Origin: Paraspadella gotoi
Lineage: Eukaryota; Animalia; Chaetognatha
DNA: 64,000 bases
Direction: 5' to 3'
Assembly: GCA_051294375.1 (NCBI GenBank)
Contig: CM119271.1
Span: 15,630,770-15,694,769, forward strand
Shown here: positions 11,701-24,271 of the stretch, in pieces
Layout: every line of letters starts with the position of its first letter
How positions within the stretch are numbered: the first letter of the stretch is position 1
Position numbers and translations under genes: made by a program
The notes under the pieces: model-generated
Seen by the model: only the letters and a program-made list of their open reading frames with translations
The model's database searches: none
What the model was told of the DNA's origin: nothing

Positions 11701-14700
11701 CGTCGAGAAGGATGCGGGCCACGAAGCGGCCGGACGTCTAGATGCATATAAAAGAGGATTTATTATATCTAGATTATCATATAGAGATTTGGTAAAGACT
11801 AATTGAACTCTTTAACACAAGAATGAACAACCCTGAAACCTCCCCCTTCTCACGCCAGCCTGCTCCACGACCGCTTCCGACGCTTTCCGTCCATTCTTTC
11901 GTAAAAATTCGTCGAGTCCGGCGCGCCAAGATGCAGCCGTAACGCGCGTCGCCTTCAAAAACCGCCGGGCCCGAATCGTGCGACGCGCCACGATCTTTTC
12001 CAAGTTGACCACACCGAGACCTTCGAGCGCCAGCTTGGCCGCCTCTTGCTCCGCCGTCTTCTTGCTCAAGTAGCTCGTCGCGGTGCTGCAGGGGAAAGGG
12101 GGGGGGGAAAGCCGTTCATTTTTTTTCTTTATGAAACGAAGGTTTCTTAATCTTATTTGCATATTGTAACTATGAAGAGCGCGTTGCCACTTTTAAAGTA
12201 TTCATTTTAATTCAACTGAATTTCGGGAAAAATTCAAACATGAGGGTTAAAATTAATAAATTAAAATTAATTCTTTTGAGTAATCGTCTCGAAACATCGT
12301 ACAAGATCGTCCACATCGTTTATGAAGAGGAAATAAACTTCAAGCAAATCGAAACGATCAAAGTAAAACGACGCCGACTCAAAAGATAATAAAAAACTTA
12401 AGTTAATTTTCTTTCTTTCGTTTATATTGGAATACTTGTATTTTCTTCATCGCGGATAAACGCGACTCTATTAGATCGGCTTCGCTCCGTGAATATCATA
12501 TTAAAAGTTATATTCACAAAAGAAAAAAGAGAGCGAGACACGGAACGTGACGGAGAGCGAGACAGACCTATAAGATCCGCCCTCGAATCGACAAGAGGCG
12601 AAATATCCTTTTCCTTCCTTCCGCTCGAAGGAGTAGACGGGCGGTTCGAGGTCGCGCCGCGCCAGGTGCTCTTGGAGGATCGACTTGAAAGGCTGCTGCT
12701 GCGTAGCACGCTCCGCCGCGTCGCGTTCCAAGGCTTCGTCCTTTAAAGCCGCCCAAGCCTAAAGGACAAATAGTGAAAAAAAAAAGTTGTGAACATGAAC
12801 TTTTAACATCGCAGATAGAAATGCAATATTTTTAAAACAAATAATAATAAATAAATAATAATTTTACCCCCCCCCCCAACCTCAGAGGCGGCGCCGAGTT
12901 CAGCCTGCTTCTTCGTTCGGTACAACTTTCCCGATTCGCTGTCGAAGCGTCGATCGCCGACGAAGACTTTGGCGCGGAAAGCGGGGCGACCCTCGTGGGA
13001 TATGGTCTCTGTCTTGGAAGAGAGAATAAGATACAAAAAAAGAAGAAAGATAGAGATGGAAAAAAAAAAGAGTGGAACTCACTGTATACGAGGGACCGAA
13101 CATCTGCCGCTTCATGCAATACTCGTTAAGGAGGAGTTTGCATTTGGAGGAAACGATGACGGCAATCACGTCGCCTCCGTTCTAGGATAAAGGGACACAA
13201 AAGAAATGGTTAATGAAATGGTTAATGAAATGGTTAATGAAATGATTAATGAAATGATTCATGAAATGGTTAATGAAATGGTTAACACTCCATTCACTTG
13301 ATCAGCGTCCAAGACCGCAGGAGCGGGAGGAGTAAGGCTCGCCTCGACGGCGGCGACGGCGACGGAGGCGGCGAGGTGTTCCGCCGCCTTCTTCGTCCGT
13401 GAAACTTCTTCGCTGTGGAGAAATAAACGCGTTCCAAATTGCTCTTTTTTATGAGCTCACTCCACATTGCAAAACAAAGCTTTATTTATAATTTCACATC
13501 GCAAAACCAAGCTTTTCTCTCATTTCACTCAAATCCTCACCAGGTAAAAACTTGTCCGTCGACTTCGACTGTAGAGACGAAGCCTTTGGAAGAAACTGAT
13601 TCCACGGTTTTAAAGACGGCGGGAGAAAGTTTGTTTTTCGTTAACAGATGATGAAGCCTGAAAGCGGATATTTTTTATATCAGTTGTCAAAGTTGAAGTC
13701 AGAAAGCAAAAAATGAGTGTTAGGTACATGACATAAAAAGAAAAAGTTAAAAAGTAAATTTTTTTTATATCATTTATTGGATGATGAATTGTGAAAGGTT
13801 TAATATCATAAAGTCTACTAGTGAAAATGTTTGATATAAATTCTAAGAATGTAATATTGTCACCTTTAGAAAATAAGCAGCTTCAAAGTCTGACTACCTG
13901 GCTTTAGCCGTCAAGTCCGGCGTCTTCCCGGCGGCAGGCGCCGTCTCAGCCGCGTCTTCGCCGCCGCCGCCGCCGACGCCTTCGTCAGAAGAATGCCAGA
14001 GGCCCAAGGATTCGAGGCAAAACTTAGCGGCGCTCAATTCCGCGCCCTTTTTGCTTCGCTCGGGAACCGGGCTGACGTAGGGGGATAGAGAGAATAGAAA
14101 GTCATGGGGAGAGAGAGAAAATGAGAGAGAGAGAGAGAGACTCACTTCCTGTATTCAATGTCTTTAAAAGTGACAACACAAGTCCAACTGGGTTCGAAGA
14201 CGGGGTTTCGCGTCGTTTGGTAACGGGGCATCGCCACGCCAATTCGTTGCGCGTATTCCTGAGAAAAGCGCGGAGGAATAAAAGTGTTAAGTCTAAGTAT
14301 CACTCGCCTTCTTTTTCTTCTCACTTCACAACCTGTAACTGTTTTTCCAAGAAATCGAAGGACGGAACCCTAAGTCTTTCTTGCCTTGGTTAGGAGGCGG
14401 AGCCTGAGTCAAGAAGAAAAGGAAAAAAAAAAAAAAAGAATTAAACAGCGATTAGTAAGAAATATCTTACGTTAATACGAAAATGTTAGTCTCGTACTTG
14501 GAAATGTATATGCGGTCGATCGACCATCGGCGCTTCGTAGCCATAATAATAATTTTTATCCTGCGGAAAATGAAAAAAAGGTTTTTGTTAGGGGGCGAGT
14601 TTCTTCCCGACAATTTAAGGATATATTTTCCTAATGACGTTTTCAGACTCCATGACCTCCTTACCTCCTTACCTCTGGTGAACCGTAAAAGTTGGGCGCC

Positions 14701-14824
14701 ATTCCGCCTGCAATAAAGCAAAAGCACCTAAAAATCTTTACAAAATATCTTTTGCTTCATGGCTTTTTTTTTCGCAAGGATTTCTTGTCGTACCTGGATA
14801 CGATTCGTAGCCGCTTGAATCCAT
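5766..14824 (-). CDS. Multi-dsRBD (about 5) + linker domain + Nudix hydrolase (viral decapping-enzyme-like) fusion protein, 22 exons, ~1,014 aa
   Basis: Exons: 14824-14794, 14707-14673, 14403-14333, 14258-14146, 14071-13898, 13657-13541, 13412-13298, 13181-13083, 13012-12881, 12758-12568, 12085-11854, 11737-11587, 10949-10854, 10795-10637, 10470-10346, 10220-10067, 9880-9771, 9697-9583, 9488-9163, 6407-6297, 6218-6102, 6035-5766. All junctions are GT-AG and in phase except a 1-nt shortfall in exon 3. dsRBD motifs: [61 protein letters not shown] and a degenerate fifth. Nudix: WELPRGG|...[17 protein letters not shown]. Confidence 0.75.
6646..8888 (+). CDS. ABHD17: ABHD17-like protein depalmitoylase (alpha/beta hydrolase), nested antisense in an intron of the dsRBD-Nudix gene
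   Basis: LCCPPC...[52 protein letters not shown] (Ser), [12 protein letters not shown] (Asp), GRHNDI (His). Multiple small introns; the first and last exons are less certain. Confidence 0.85.
8605..8756 (+). repeat. Dispersed repeat, family A copy (last ABHD17 intron)
   Basis: About 150 nt nearly identical to 63257-63409 (GAGAGTCTTGATT..AAGCTTGCAGGGACC..GGAGGCCTTAAACCACCAAAGCCTGTCCAAAGTCAGGGGCAAGATAGC..GTACCAATT). Confidence 0.9.
10497..10555. repeat. Short tandem repeat AAAAGATGGCAAAAACAAA x3 (intronic)
   Basis: Three visible imperfect copies. Confidence 0.8.
13204..13286. repeat. 12-bp tandem repeat (GAAATGGTTAAT) about x7, intronic
   Basis: Visible periodic array filling most of a 116-nt intron. 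Confidence 0.9.
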
Positions 14825-15407
14825 TTCTTTAACAAATTCGGACAGTTTTTACGATAATAATACTATTTTAATCGGAAACTGTAAATAATAATTAAAATGA
14901 AGCGTCTATGAGGAATGAGACTAACGGTCTTGCGATTCGTTTACACTATAAAATATAAATGTTGTTTCTTGAAGAATCAATTTTTCAAATTTTCTTTTTA
15001 AATCTTTTAATTCCGATGATTTGCGGTTTTGGTTATATTAAATTCTCGTAATAAATAAGAAAAAGTGATGCTTTTTGAATTAAGAATTTTCTTCCCCATC
15101 AGGGCCATCTTTACGCGTTTCTTGATTTCAGTTACGTTCGGGAACAGAATACCGATCAGGATACAAACTTTTAACGAACAAAGGAGAAAAGGGGTCGTAC
15201 GTAGTATGAATTTTCTCGTTTTGGATTTATTATTTTTGCGCAGAAAAATTTCGTCGATAAGATTTCAGATTCTATCGACAGTCATCGAAATAATGATTGC
15301 ATTTTTTTAAATTTTCAAGTCTATCGTTTATTGTCTTAAAGTAGAAAATAGAAGACTAGCTTAAGTCGTAGTTTTGAGCTCGACGGAAGAAGCGAAGAGA
15401 GAAGATC

Positions 15408-18397
15408 TTACTTTCCCCACGAAAACCAAGATCCCCACGAACTCCCTGAAACGAAGGAAAGAATAAGGAAAATCGTGGTAATTATAAATTACTTATTGGA
15501 ATTTCCTCACTCGACTTTTTCCTTTTCCTCACCCTTCTTGCTGGATTCCATCTTGTGCTGCAGCGAAGGGAAGGAGAGGTTGTTGAGGGCCAAGTCGAAG
15601 AAGAGCGGCTTGCAGGGAATCGGCTTCAATTCGGGAGGGAAAGGCACGAGGTTGGGCTGCGTCTTGGAACCGGGGGCGTTCCCGATGGCGCTGCCTCGAC
15701 CGCCTGATCGAGGTTAATGGTTAATGGTTAAAGGCCAGCTCAAAGGACATCATGACAATCTACAACGGTCACCGTTACCTAGCAACGCGGGATCCTCGAC
15801 GTATTCGTCCATTCGATCGATAAGCGGCTCCGTCGGTCGTTGAGACAGTTTGAGGTTGGCGACGCCGTCGGCGATCGATTCCGCGTCGAGGATGCTCGCC
15901 ACGTGGAGTCCGTACTTCTTTCCCTCCACCTTAAAACAAGCACCAAACAATTTTTCATCTATTGACAATCATCAATCACAAAGAAAAAAAATCTACATTA
16001 ATTAATTAATTAACCTTAAGTCGCAGATCTTTCAAATCGTCCAAAGCCTTCTGCTTATCCTCTCCGTCCGGGATTTGAGTCCAACCCTTGACGGCCGCGT
16101 CCACGTAAGTCAGGACTCGTTCGTACAACGCCGCCGACTCTTGAAACTTCTTCGCTTGTGCGTACGAGTAGGCCACGTAAAGGCAACGATGGGCCTGGAA
16201 CAAAACAAAATAATTATCAAATATTTTTCTGATGAATATTATTTTGTATAGTGTAACTAACCTTGTAATAGGCGATCTTGGCGTCGACTTCGGCCTGGAA
16301 CTGGTCGTCGTCCTCCAGACCGGGCAAGGCGGCCAGCTCGGTCAACATCTGAACGATCCCGTCGTGGAGGCGGACGAGATCCTGGAAAAAGATTTCGATT
16401 CGAGAGATAAAATAAGAAAAAGGAAAAAGACGATGAGAGTAAAAAATTTCACCTGCGGCTTGGTGGCTTTGTTCCTCGCCTCTCCGGCGCCTTCGCCGTC
16501 CAACTTTGGCGCCAGGGCGGCGATCATGACCGCGTTACGTCGAATGATGGCGTCGCGTTTGATGAAGGAGAGGTAGGTGAGGAGGTATTGGGCGTGAGGA
16601 AGGCGCCCCTCCGATTTGGCGCCGACTCCGCTCTTGACCAGCGGTTTGGCGTTAGGATCGTTCTTAATCTCGTCCTGCAGAGCGGCGAGGGCGTCCTTGA
16701 CTTCGTCGATCGTCTTTTCAAGGATCTCCTGTCGCTCCGAAGGGTCAGAGTTCTTGAGCGACGTCTCCGCCTCTTGTTGGCCTTTGAAGGGAAAAAATAA
16801 GGGTAAGGTGTAGCCAAGAAAAACCCTCACCCTTTCCACCACAAAAACTCACCCAAGAGAAAGACCCTGACTTTCTCCGACTTGACGGGAATCGTTCTTC
16901 CCCTGAAGGTGACCTCGGACAGCGTGGCCGCCTGCTGACGACGCGTTTGAGAGATGAGGGCGTCGAGTTTCGCGGTGAGAAGATCCTCGCCCAAACCGCC
17001 CGCCGTCATCCGCATCGATAGAAGATCCTCGATCGCCGTCTCGTCGCCGATGTTGTAGGCGCAGTAGCGGACCGACGGCTCGATCTCTTCCACCTTTGAG
17101 AGTTTATTTATTTATTTAATTATAAATAAAATAAATTTAATTATAATTGAAAAAATGAGCGATTCCTTGAAAGTTCTTGGTACGAAATAATCCAAAAATA
17201 TGTATATAAAAAAAATTCCTTCATCTACAATCGACAATGTCCACCTTCTGCATGTAGACGGCCTTGATTTCGTCGGGGAAGGCGTCGGCCAATTTCTTGT
17301 AGATGGTCTTGGCGCGATCGAGCCGCCGAAGCGACTCTCCCCACTTTTCCAGCTCAAAGTCGAGGGCGCCGTTCATCCAGGCGTCGTAGGCGCGCGTCTC
17401 GAGTTTGGTGCGGGCGTCGCCCAAGGCCTCGCCGAACGCCGCCAACTCGCCCGCGTGGGAAACGGCTTTGCGGAGGCGTTCGATTAGGTGAAACCTGTAG
17501 ATTAGATTTTTATTCAAATCTAATTTTGTTTTGATATTAAGTTGTTTAGATAACTAGACTGTAGAGAAGGAATGAGACAAATGCCATAAATTTCGTTTGG
17601 TTGTTTTTTTGTTTTTATTTTTGTTTTTTGGAATCTTTTCGTTGTAGTATTTTTAGACATTTAATCAATAAATCTGAATTCTCTCCTTGGTGGCAACAAA
17701 TAGAAACATCGGTAACTAATACAATACAATGATATACAATATACATTGTACAATCATTTTTTTTAGGTTTACTGAAAAGATTTGCCATTCATATTCCATC
17801 GATGATATTTGACGTCTTGTTTCAACTCACCGTTTCCTCGGCTCGCTGTTGGCTTCCTGCTTGAGCTGCATAGCGTAGGCCCAGGCCCGTTCGGCGCACA
17901 TGAGCGGAATGAGGAGGAACTTGGCGTCGACGACCGATTCGATCGTCACCTTCTTCTTTTGGAATCGATGCTTGGAGTGTTGGGTGAAGCCGAGCGTCTT
18001 GCGGACGCGGCGAAGACGGCGCGAGCAGTAGCCGCGGTAGCTGGAGGTAGGGAGGGTTCGGGGAACAAGTTCACTTTAATAAGTTTCATAAATTTTTTTT
18101 TTTAAATCTTAAAATCAGATTTAATCTCGTTTGCAGATTAGTCAGATAATTTTACCTCTCGAACCGTCACATAAACATAAAGAGATAATTTAGTAAGAAG
18201 TGGGGCCGCTCTCGCAAATTCTTCCTCCCTTCATCAACCTACCGCTGGTAGTCGCCGTGCCGCAACCCGTGCTGCGCCTGCTGTTCCTTAATAATCTGCA
18301 GCACCTCCAGAGAATAAGTCGTCTTCTCCTTCTCTTCGCCGTCGGCGTGGGCGTCGCCGACCTCCATCGGTTTGAAGTCGCTCGAATCAACCGTCAT
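15408..18397 (-). CDS. SRP68: Signal recognition particle subunit SRP68
   Basis: [70 protein letters not shown], C-terminal WFSWGK*. Canonical introns. Confidence 0.95.
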
Positions 18398-18890
18398 CGT
18401 CAAATTACTTCTCGTTTCCTTCACTTTTTTAATCCGTTTTTTTCTTCTTCTTCTTCTTCTTTCTGTTTGTGTTGGTTTGTTTGTTTAAAAATGTTTGTTC
18501 AATTTTTATTTTTTATTTCGAATCGAAACACGTAAAAGCGATTTCGATCACGGGACGGAGAAAAAAAAGAGGGATAAAATAATCAAATAAATATATATAA
18601 ATATATTGTAAATTCTCTTTTTTTGTCACGCAATGTAATACTAATCAGTCGGTGACTAATTACCGGCAACAACTGTAACCATTAACTAAAAATACTATAA
18701 TTAGATAGAATTGAGATAAACAATCTAGACTTTAACAAACGGAGATATCACTAAAGTCTCACACACTAACAATGGGCGATGGGCAAAAAAATTGATTCGT
18801 AACTGAACGACGAAAGCGTTCGAAGACAAAAGTTAATCACCCGCGATTCTGATTCACAGCCTGGATTTCACATTCTCAACCCTCAGTCCG

Positions 18891-21282
18891 TCATAAATCC
18901 ACGAGCGTGTTGGGCAGCGGCTTGTTGAGAGTCTCCGGCATGAGCAGCACGAGGACGCCGGCCACCAAGGATGAGACGCCGAAGACTGTGTTGACGACGC
19001 CGGACCCGTAGGCCTTGGAGAGAGTGAAGGCGCTGGGCGCCAGGATAGCCGCCACGTTGCCGAAGGCGTTGACGAGGCCGACGGCGGACGAGCGGACGAC
19101 CGTGGGGAAAACCTGCGGACGAAGGAAATCATCATTATTATTATATAAATGTAATAAGTAAATTTAATATTTCTAAACAATATGACGAAGCCTCATCACC
19201 TCCTGCGTGAAGAGGAAGAGGACTGTGAAGGATCCAGAGATGGCGAACTTCCCCGTCATGAAGAGAGCGACGGCGCCGGCCTGTGGTGCCGCCTCGGGGA
19301 TGAAGGCGAGGGCGCCGAGAGCGACGCCGCCGAGGACGTGAAGGCAGAGAAGGAGGATGCGGCGCCCGACGAAGGGGACGGCGACGAGAACGAGCACCGT
19401 AGCCGGCACCTCCACCAGGCCCGCGAGGAAGAAATTAAAGTAGAGATCGCCTGGCGATGGGAATGGAATTGAATTTTAGGGATTCGAACAAAATTCTGAA
19501 GACTAATAAATTGGTACAACCATTATAAAAATTCAAGTATTCCTATATTTAAACAAGCTATCATCTTGCCTCCTGTTTTTGAGGTGGTTTAAGGCTTCTT
19601 AGCATATAACCTGTAAGATCCTATCAACTCCCACAGTAACAGGCTTCCTACTAAGTGGTATAAATATGTGGGAATTCTGGATGAAAGACAGCTTGTTTAA
19701 TGAACGAACAGATAACTTTATGCTAGCAGTACCCTAATTAGTAATTACATACAAAGTTTAAATAAATCTCTACCGGCCAAAACGGGCGTGGAAAGCGAGA
19801 GGCCGTAATAAGTCAGATTATTGACGAAGGCGACGTAGGCCATAACGAGAACGCGTTTGACGATGCGTCGATCGAGCAGATGACGCCACTGAAGACGGCA
19901 CGACTCCGCCGTCGCCGCCGATTCCGAATTGACGGCGACGCTTCCGGAACCGGCGTCCTTTCCCGTCGAAGCCGTCTTTCCCGGCGCCAAATTGACGCGA
20001 ATGTCGCGAAGCTGTTTGGCGTAGAGCCACGGGACCGACTCTTCGACGAGCCACGCGTAAGCGATGGTGACGACGCTGGGCAAACAGACGGCTAAATAGA
20101 GATGGCGCCAATCCCGCGCCAAATACGCCATCAGCGACAACAGCAACATCCCCAGTGCCCAGAAAAAGTTGTAAGCGATTCCGCCGAGATTTCGCTGACG
20201 CGGTTGCAGCATCTCTACGACGAGAGTAAAGGCGATGAGGGAGGATCCTTGGGCGAAGGCGGCTTGAACGGCGCGAAGGAGACAGAAGGCCCAGTAGGAC
20301 GTCAGGCGGGAGATGACAATTCCGAGAAATGCTGAAACCCAACCGGTGATGAGCATGACCCACTTCCGTCCGTAGGCGTCGGCCAGAGGAGTGAAGATCA
20401 AGTTTCCAAAGGGCAGTCCGCTCATGAAGACTGTGCTGGAGACTTCGGCGAGTCGGTCGTCCGCGCAGACGAGATCCCATTCCGAGACGACGGAGCGGAG
20501 GCCGCGAGTGCCCGTCGCTGAACCTTCCTCGTCGTAGTCGTGGCCGAAGGGACACTTGGAGAAGGTCTGCTCGCGGAGGATGCTGGGGCCGATCGAGGCG
20601 TTGGACGCGGGTTCCATTCGAGATCGATTGAGGGAACATTCGCCGACTTCGTAGATCCAGGGGGAGTCGGAGAGAGTGGCGTTAGTTATGGTGGCATTGG
20701 TGGTTGCATTGGTGGTGGCGTTAGGGGGAAGGGCACAGTGGTGTTCCGGTTCAAAGGCGATAAAGACCGGGCAGACCTAGAATCAATTTAATCAGCATTT
20801 ACTTTTCTCCTGCCTCCTTCTCATACCTTTTCTTTCTTTCCTCCATTTTCTTTCCTTCTTTTCTTTCTTTCCTTCCTCCATATTCTTTCCTTCCTCCTTT
20901 CTTTCTACCTTTTCTTTCTTTACTTCCACCATTTCCTTTTCTTCCTCTTTTCTTTCTTTCTACCTTTCCTTTCTTCCTTCTCTTTTCTTTCTCCTATAAT
21001 TTCTTTTTTTTCTCCTTTTTTCTATTTCTCTTTCTTTTTTTCTCTATTTATTTCTTTCTCACCTCCTTTAATTTTTTTTCTTTCTCCTATTCCTTATCTC
21101 TTTCCTTCCTCCTTTCTTTCTCTCACCATGAGCCAACACAAGGGAAATCCGTAGAATCCCAACAAGAGATAAGACTTGATTTGTTTGCTCGAAAGCCAGG
21201 GGCGTTTGAGGCCGACCGCGACTTCGTCGTCGGAATCCACAGTGTCCGTCTCCTCGTCGCGCGTCAATTTCGTCGACGCCAT
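18891..21282 (-). CDS. SLC22-family organic cation/anion transporter (MFS), 4 exons
   Basis: SVVSEWDLVC, LADAYGRK, VEMLQPRQR, RDWRHL, ESVPWL, YYGLSL, EVFPTVVRS and PETLNKPLP motifs. Confidence 0.9.
19545..19670 (-). repeat. Diverged inverted copy of dispersed repeat family A (SLC22 intron)
   Basis: AAGCTATCATCTTGCC, GGTGGTTTAAGGC and ACTCCCACAGTAACAGGCTTCC match the reverse complement of 63195-63370. Confidence 0.6.
20800..21123. repeat. About 320-nt polypyrimidine/polypurine low-complexity intron
   Basis: Almost only C/T on the + strand. Confidence 0.9.
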
Positions 21283-22209
21283 CTTTTTTTTTATATTTTG
21301 TTCGTCGCGCGTCTAGTTGTGCTTTTGTTTAAGTTAGCCTCGAAATATTTAAAAATTGATCTGAATTCAAACGAAATTTAATACGATACGATTGTTGTTC
21401 GAACGTTAGCGCCGAGGTTCCAGTTTGTTGTGCTCTTCGCCAAATGCGATAAGGTCGCGTCAAGTTGAAAGTCTGACTAATCTTAAAATATTCATTGGAA
21501 TGAAACCTGTGGTGAATAAGAAATAGGAATAGAAATGGAAAGTTTTAAATTCTCTTTATGATATAAAGATAACTTTGTTAATTACTTTTTTTATCACAAG
21601 ATCACGATTTTAAATTTAGATGAAATTATTATTTAACTGGTTTTTTATTATGGTGTAACAGAGATCAACTTAATGATGATAATAATAATAGAGTTTAGTG
21701 ACCAGCACGTTATATATATATATATTGACGAGGTTTAGAAGATATGCCATCGCCCAAACGTCTGAAATTAACTGCAATTCGTTTCTAACAAATACCATAT
21801 CAGAATAAGGTCGAACGTAAAAAGCATATCCCTTTTATTATCAACGTCAATTGAAAAAGTAAATCACGGAAAGAATACAAAACGATCTTCGATACAAAAT
21901 CTTTAAAAAAAGATATAATGTTTATTGAAAAAAAAATATGGCAATAGTAATTTTTGGGGTTTTTTAGTAATTGGATAAGTCACAAGTCACAAGAGGTTAA
22001 AACCTAATCTCCGACGCACCGATTCCACTTTGTTTTCCCCCGCGAAGAAAAAGTAATCAACTACAGACCCAAAAATGTAAAAAAAAAAGGCTACAAGTAC
22101 TGCATGTGTTAATGCCGAGACCGTAGAATGTAAATTTGACTAGATTTCATTTTTCACCCCCCCTCAGATTGTTTTTATCTTGAGTCTCGCGATCTTCGCT
22201 TGCCCCTTT

Positions 22210-23795
<1,586 letters not shown>

Positions 23796-24271
23796 TTATT
23801 TTATTTTTTAATTCTGTAAAAAAAAATCACAAGTTTAGTTTTTTTTTTCTAAGGAAAGCAAAAAGATTGAGCACATATAAATACTTAGCACGTTCACTCA
23901 AAAGAGATCATTGTTCCTAATAATTAATAATAAAAATGATAGCAGATCAGGCAACGAAAACTCGTGCAAAAACAGAAAACCCAGCACGCAGTACAACACG
24001 TATAAAACTTGTGAAAAAAGATTCTAACAATTGCTAAATCTCGTTGTATATAAACGAATGAAAAATGAGTAGAAGCGAAAAGAATACTAAGGCTCACTAA
24101 GCCCATTATGAACTGTCAACACATCTACGAATTCTAAAAGAGTTCAATTGTTCATTGGAGTTAAATACGCAAGAGCGTGGTTGCTGTTCGGTTAATTGGA
24201 ATATTATTCTCTGATATTGATAAGGCTCTGAGATTCTTGGCAAAGCGTTGGATATTAGCATTTCTTTGTTT

